Shown here: piece after piece, positions 52,252 through 56,121 of the stretch | Layout of the letters: each line of letters starts with the position of its first letter | How positions within the stretch are numbered: the stretch's first letter is position 1 | DNA from: Parcubacteria group bacterium | GTDB lineage: Bacteria > Patescibacteriota > Minisyncoccia > UBA6257 > UBA11618 | Length of the DNA stretch: 56,121 nucleotides | Reading direction: 5' to 3' | Assembly: GCA_943349395.1 (NCBI GenBank) | Contig: CALQZH010000003.1 | Coordinates: 3,688 to 59,808, forward strand | The notes under the pieces: generated by a model | What the model was told of the DNA's origin: nothing | Databases searched by the model: none | The model's input: the letters and a program-made list of their open reading frames with translations, nothing else | Translations under genes and position numbers: made by a program

Positions 52252-52830
52252 ATGAGCTCGTCTCGTCCGTCGCGAGCGTCTTGGCGTCCTGCCTGGCGCT
52301 CATTGCCTTCGCTTACCATCCCGATGATCGCGGAGCTGGCCCGCGTTCCCAGAGAGACCGTATCGGATTGGCTCGATGCGGGTTCCATGCCCAGTTTCGG
52401 ACAGGGCGACGAGCGGCGCGTCAAGCGCGCGCAGTTCGTCGAATTCGCCAAGAGCCATCGTATGCGGCATGCGGTCAATTTTCTCGAAGGCCGGCAACGC
52501 AAGCGCATCGCGTATTTCGGCTTGCGCGCTTGCCGTGTCGCTTCTGCCGTGAACGGCAGGGGCAGGCCGTTCGAGTTTCATACGTTCGTCACGCCGTTCG
52601 ATCTCGGTTTCGATTTCCTCCGGGTCTATCCGGATGCCGTCGTGATCGACGTGCGAGACGATATGGGATTCAAGCTAGCCCCTTTCGTTCTCGTCGTGGG
52701 GCGAGCGGTTCAGACGTTCGGCATCCCGCTCGTCGTCATCAAGAAAAGCACCGGCCAGCGAATGCCCGCTATCGTGCATAAGGCGGTGTGCCGGGCGAGT
52801 GCCGTGCGGGGAAAGATCGATGGCATCTAA
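52252..52830 (+). CDS. Excisionase/MerR-type HTH plus receiver-like domain protein, paralog 2
   Basis: 192 aa. It aligns with paralogs 1 and 3 (IAELARVPRETVSDWLDAG..., RIAYFG, PDAVVIDV, IPLVVIKK). Confidence 0.75.
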   Translation: MSSSRPSRASWRPAWRSLPSLTIPMIAELARVPRETVSDWLDAGSMPSFGQGDERRVKRAQFVEFAKSHRMRHAVNFLEGRQRKRIAYFGLRACRVASAVNGRGRPFEFHTFVTPFDLGFDFLRVYPDAVVIDVRDDMGFKLAPFVLVVGRAVQTFGIPLVVIKKSTGQRMPAIVHKAVCRASAVRGKIDGI

Positions 52831-52864
52831 CCAGCCAATCGTTCGTTTCGAAACGGATTTCAAG

Positions 52865-52900
52865 CGTCGTATCAGGCTTCGGCCGCGTACGGCGTTTTTT
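52865..52900 (+). terminator. Intrinsic terminator of paralog 2
   Basis: CGTCGTA-N15-TACGGCG followed by TTTTTT. Homologous to the paralog 1 terminator. Confidence 0.65.
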
Positions 52901-52912
52901 CTTTAGCATGCC

Positions 52913-52941
52913 TTGCATTATTCAAATTATCGTGGCATGCT
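52913..52941 (+). promoter_or_regulatory. Promoter of paralog 3
   Basis: TTGCAT-17 nt-CATGCT. The same TATCGTGGCAT spacer end as the paralog 2 promoter. Confidence 0.5.
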
Positions 52942-52989
52942 ATGCGCAGCGTTTCCTATCCCGTTTCTCTTTTGACTAGGATATTTGAC

Positions 52990-53592
52990 ATGGATTCCCC
53001 TGTTTTTCCGCCGGGCCCGTGGCCTGCGGAGTGGCGCGATTTGGAAGAATTGCGTATGGGTATGATCGCTCAATTGGCCGGCGTTTCCGAAGATGTCGCA
53101 GTGTCGTGGGTTACCGAAGGCTGCCTTCTCGGCCGAGGAAGGCTTGGAGGCCGCAATTGGCGTGCTGATCGCGATGATTTCCTTCTTTTCGCAAAGCATC
53201 GGGGCATGTGGCCTGCCGTCCATTTTTTCGAAGGCCGGGTTGCCAGGCGTATCGCGTATTTCGGCGATGATCCTGACTCCGTGACTCAGGCCTTGAGCGC
53301 GAGTTCGGAGCCTCTCACCGTCGAGCAATTCACCGATACGTTCGCGTTCGGGCATGCGTTCATGGGTTCGTATCCGGACTGCATCGTCCTCGACATGCGG
53401 TGGCACGATATGGTCCAGATCATCTTCATCCTCGTTCAAAGCATGCTTCCGACGCTCGAACGGACGAGGATTCCTTTTATCGTGCTGAAGCATCGGCCCA
53501 ATGAGGCGGTTCCTCCGGGTACCCGCCATTCCGTCCATAGCCTGGAAGCCTTGCTTCCGACGGCTCGCGAGGCTCTCGGGCTCGCTGGATGA
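52990..53592 (+). CDS. Excisionase/MerR-type HTH plus receiver-like domain protein, paralog 3
   Basis: Start set at MDSPVFPP (ATG after the conserved TTGACAT) rather than the ORF-track ATG at 52942, which abuts the -10 box. RIAYFGDD, PDCIVLDM, IPFIVLKH. Confidence 0.7.
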   Translation: MDSPVFPPGPWPAEWRDLEELRMGMIAQLAGVSEDVAVSWVTEGCLLGRGRLGGRNWRADRDDFLLFAKHRGMWPAVHFFEGRVARRIAYFGDDPDSVTQALSASSEPLTVEQFTDTFAFGHAFMGSYPDCIVLDMRWHDMVQIIFILVQSMLPTLERTRIPFIVLKHRPNEAVPPGTRHSVHSLEALLPTAREALGLAG

Positions 53593-53690
53593 CGTTTCCG
53601 GTTCGGTTTTTGGAATGAACGAGTTGCTCCCGATCATCGGGCGCTGCGTGCATCCCAAATGACGATCTGTCGCCAAGAAACTCCGGCATT

Positions 53691-53722
53691 ATCGCCCCGT
53701 ATCCGCGGGGCGATCTTTTTTT
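53691..53722. terminator. Bidirectional intrinsic terminator
   Basis: ATCGCCCCG-N6-CGGGGCGAT followed by a T-run. Confidence 0.75.
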
Positions 53723-54482
53723 ACTTCTTTTCCAGGAATTCCCTGATGAGTTCAGCGCATTCCGCCGGCTTTTCCACGAAGCAGTAATGGCCTGCATTTT
53801 CCACTATTTCCAAGTCAGCGTTCGGGATTTTCGCCGCGATCTTCTTTCCGTATGCGAGCGGCGCCATATCGTCCTTTTCTCCCCATATGACGAGTGTATC
53901 TGCCATCACTTTCGGGAAGAGCGGTGCGATGTCCTCGCCTATCACATTCACGAACGTCTCCTTGAGTTCGGGGGTTTCGACATAATCGCCCGCGCCGATC
54001 ATCGTATATAGCCTCTTGCGCAACGGTTGCATGAATCGTGCCTTGAAAAAAGGCTTTGCGAACTTCGCGATCGCCTTCTTCGCCCCGCGTTCCGCGGCAT
54101 TCATGTCCGCTCCGCCGCTCCCTATGAGCACGAGCCGCGCGAGCCATTCCGGATCCTCTGCGGCGATCTTCACCGCTATCCGCGCGCCGAACGAGTGGCC
54201 GACAAGCACGATGTCCTTTTCCGGGCAGACCGCATCGACGAAGCCTTTCACGATATCCGCATAGTCTCCGACCGTCAGGCATTCTTTCGGCGTTTCGGAC
54301 ATCCCGAAGCCGGGAAGATCCAGGCTGTAGAGCGTCCGCTTTCCGATTTCCAGGCAGTCTATGAGCGGGCGCCATATGGTTCCGTTCGATCGCCATCCGT
54401 GCAGGAAAATAACGGCCCTGTCCCCCCTTCCTTCTTCGTGATAGGCAATGAGGATGCCGTGCATGACGAGCCGCTTTTCCAT
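53721..54482 (-). CDS. Alpha/beta hydrolase
   Basis: Start set at MEKRLVMHG because the upstream part of the ORF overlaps tRNA-Glu. HGW oxyanion motif and GHSFG nucleophile elbow. Confidence 0.8.
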   Translation of the reverse strand: MEKRLVMHGILIAYHEEGRGDRAVIFLHGWRSNGTIWRPLIDCLEIGKRTLYSLDLPGFGMSETPKECLTVGDYADIVKGFVDAVCPEKDIVLVGHSFGARIAVKIAAEDPEWLARLVLIGSGGADMNAAERGAKKAIAKFAKPFFKARFMQPLRKRLYTMIGAGDYVETPELKETFVNVIGEDIAPLFPKVMADTLVIWGEKDDMAPLAYGKKIAAKIPNADLEIVENAGHYCFVEKPAECAELIREFLEKK

Positions 54483-54587
54483 TATATTCGGAAGAATACC
54501 GCTTCCGTGGCTATTTGGGTATATCGGCATGTTTCCTCCGGAAGCGGCGCTTCCCGGAGAAGCTCGCTTCGCCCCGATATGCATATG

Positions 54588-54659
54588 TGCTCCCACGGAG
54601 AATCGAACTCCGATTTCGACGATGAGAACGTCACGTCCTGGCCATTAGACGATGGGAGC
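54588..54659 (-). tRNA. tRNA-Glu (anticodon CTC)
   Basis: Acceptor GCTCCCA/TGGGAGC, anticodon arm TGACG-TTCTCAT-CGTCG, T loop TTCGATT. Confidence 0.85.
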
Positions 54660-54698
54660 GTTCAGAGACCTATCCTGACAAATCCTTTTCAAAATACC

Positions 54699-55511
54699 TC
54701 ATATTCCCTCGCGCGGCAAGGCGCTTATGGGCGTTCTGAAATAGCGTAGGGAGTCCGCTATGCGCGGGAGGTTCAGGCCGAACGCGATGCCCACGCAGGC
54801 TGCCGATGCGGCCGCATACGCCACTTCCCGGCCGAACGCGTCGTCTATCGCGACTGCCGCCTTCTTTCCCGCGTATTCGAGCATGAAGGATATGCCCAAG
54901 AGCTTCTTATTGCCTCCCGGCGCGCTCGTCCGTACCGCATATTCGGTGATATGCATATCGCACCCCTCTTCGAATCCGAAGGATGTGACATGGGCGCGCG
55001 TGTAGCGGATGAGCCCTTTCGCGCCCCGGCTGTCGCCGTTCACGATGCCGTATCCGTTCGAGGGCAGGGCTTCGACGAGCGGCGCCGCCTTATATGCGCG
55101 CTCGTCGGTCGATGCCGTGACGAGCGTTATCTGCGGCTTCGCTATGTCCAGAAATTTTCCCGCATCGTCCGTGCGCTTCGCGGGACATTCGAGCATCAGG
55201 AGCTCGGGGTAGGCGGTCTCGAGGAACGCGGCACATGCCCCTTCCCATATGACCGCGAGCCAGAACAGGAAGCCCTCGCCCCGTTTCCGTCCTCCGAGTA
55301 TCGCGAGCGGCATGGCGATATCCTGCGGAATGCCGCTTTCCGCGATGCGGACATGCCGGAATCCCCTCATGACTGCGTCGATCGCCGCGAGCGCGAGATT
55401 ACGCGACGTCTCGCCCGTCACGACGAGCATTCCCGGCTCGTACCGTTTCAATATCGCGCGCATGAGCGCGCCCAAGACCGCTTCCCTCTTCTGCATGAAA
55501 AACGATGCCAT
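54699..55511 (-). CDS. Degenerate Mur-ligase-like protein (P-loop lost, no C-terminal domain)
   Basis: Start at MASFFMQKREA. It aligns to the MurF/MurE central domain, but GETSRN replaces the GxxGKT P-loop. 270 aa. Confidence 0.6.
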   Translation of the reverse strand: MASFFMQKREAVLGALMRAILKRYEPGMLVVTGETSRNLALAAIDAVMRGFRHVRIAESGIPQDIAMPLAILGGRKRGEGFLFWLAVIWEGACAAFLETAYPELLMLECPAKRTDDAGKFLDIAKPQITLVTASTDERAYKAAPLVEALPSNGYGIVNGDSRGAKGLIRYTRAHVTSFGFEEGCDMHITEYAVRTSAPGGNKKLLGISFMLEYAGKKAAVAIDDAFGREVAYAAASAACVGIAFGLNLPRIADSLRYFRTPISALPREGI

Positions 55512-55521
55512 TATTCCTGTC

Positions 55522-56121
55522 CTAGCCGGTCGCGTTCTTAAGCGCGTCCGGAGGAATATCATAGTATTGCAGTATGAACTCCGCAAGGTCGTGGAATGCG
55601 GGAACGACGGTCGTTCCCGCGAGCGGGGCGCCTGCCGGCTTGTCGAGCTTTATGAGGATGATGAATCGCGGAGCCGATGCCGGCGCGAATCCGACATAGG
55701 TGTTGATCACGTCCTTCGTGTATCCTCCGTGCACGAAGTCAACCGCCTGCGCGGTCCCCGTCTTTCCCGCGACGCCGTAATTGTCGATATGCGCGACCTT
55801 GGCCTTGTCCACGGCGGACTCCATCATGGCAACCGTCTTTTTCGCCGCGCCTTCCGACAGCACGCGGCGCACGGCTTCGGGCTTTCCCGAGGCGAGGATC
55901 CACGGCTTCATGAGCATGCCGCCGTTCGCGATAGCGGATACCGCCGTGATGAGCTGGATGGGCGTCACGGCGACGCCTTGGCCGAATGACGCGGCGGCGA
56001 AGTCGATGTCCGCCGTATGCGTTTTTATGTTCTTCAGATTACCCGATACTTCGCCCGGCAGTCCGATGCCCGTCGTCTCGTTCAGCCCGAATTTCAGGAG
56101 GTAGTCGTAAAATGGGCCGTT
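55522..56121 (-). CDS. Penicillin-binding protein transpeptidase domain (FtsI/PBP2-like), 5' end outside window
   Basis: The frame is open to the window edge. SFGQG, KTG (AGKTGTAQ) and a C-terminal tail. The ORF-track start at 55968 is an internal GTG. Confidence 0.85.
   Translation of the reverse strand, partial: NGPFYDYLLKFGLNETTGIGLPGEVSGNLKNIKTHTADIDFAAASFGQGVAVTPIQLITAVSAIANGGMLMKPWILASGKPEAVRRVLSEGAAKKTVAMMESAVDKAKVAHIDNYGVAGKTGTAQAVDFVHGGYTKDVINTYVGFAPASAPRFIILIKLDKPAGAPLAGTTVVPAFHDLAEFILQYYDIPPDALKNATG

Noticed and set aside
52942-52989. ORF-track start (ATG 52942) for HTH paralog 3.
   Set aside because: It abuts the predicted -10 box. The paralog alignment and the conserved TTGACAT-ATG leader motif support ATG 52990.
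1-56121. CRISPR arrays, IS elements, transposases, integrases, restriction-modification systems or known defence systems.
   Set aside because: I saw no regularly spaced direct repeats. No ORF carries recognisable DDE/HUH transposase, tyrosine or serine recombinase, Cas, methyltransferase or other defence-system motifs.

Overview
This is a 56.1-kb, visibly GC-rich chromosomal segment. Its gene content suggests a small-genome Patescibacteria/CPR-type bacterium, which is inference only. The grounds are compact, domain-minimised housekeeping enzymes, a split ComEC, a TraD/VirD4-like ATPase with a membrane partner and a sigma-region-4/HARE-HTH protein, and many small membrane-anchored hypotheticals. 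I can support about 60 protein genes. Translation: rpmA, rplI, rplU, efp, lepA, prfB, def, fmt, aspS, cysS, mnmA. Envelope and division: ftsEX, ftsB-like, ddl, murF, a PBP, an S41 protease. Others: secDF, grpE-dnaK-dnaJ, dnaB, recR, lexA, comEC, pgk, ndk, sod. There is also RNase P RNA, 12 tRNA or tRNA-like genes, several sigma70-type promoters and many intrinsic terminators. I saw no CRISPR array, transposase, integrase or recognisable defence gene. The main non-routine signals are these. (1) A roughly 200-nt non-coding element occurs in two copies (3' of efp and 3' of recR), with identical sequence blocks and compensatory changes in at least four helices; this looks like an unclassified structured RNA. 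(2) Three tandem paralogous genes encode an excisionase/MerR-type HTH plus a receiver-like domain, each with its own conserved promoter, leader and terminator. (3) The tRNA set has several non-canonical members by hand folding: a Trp-like gene without a D arm, a Phe-like gene with an 18-nt D loop and a 6-nt anticodon loop, and a tRNA-Ala without G3:U70. (4) cysS is interrupted by an in-frame TAG at a conserved Leu codon. (5) RF2 lacks domain 1 and starts 4 nt after a tRNA. (6) A terminator-containing structured leader lies upstream of a FolB/2OG-oxygenase fusion gene. (7) There is a promoter-to-terminator sRNA candidate between ndk and lepA. All RNA folds and domain calls were made by eye. Coordinates of RNA features may be off by a few nt.
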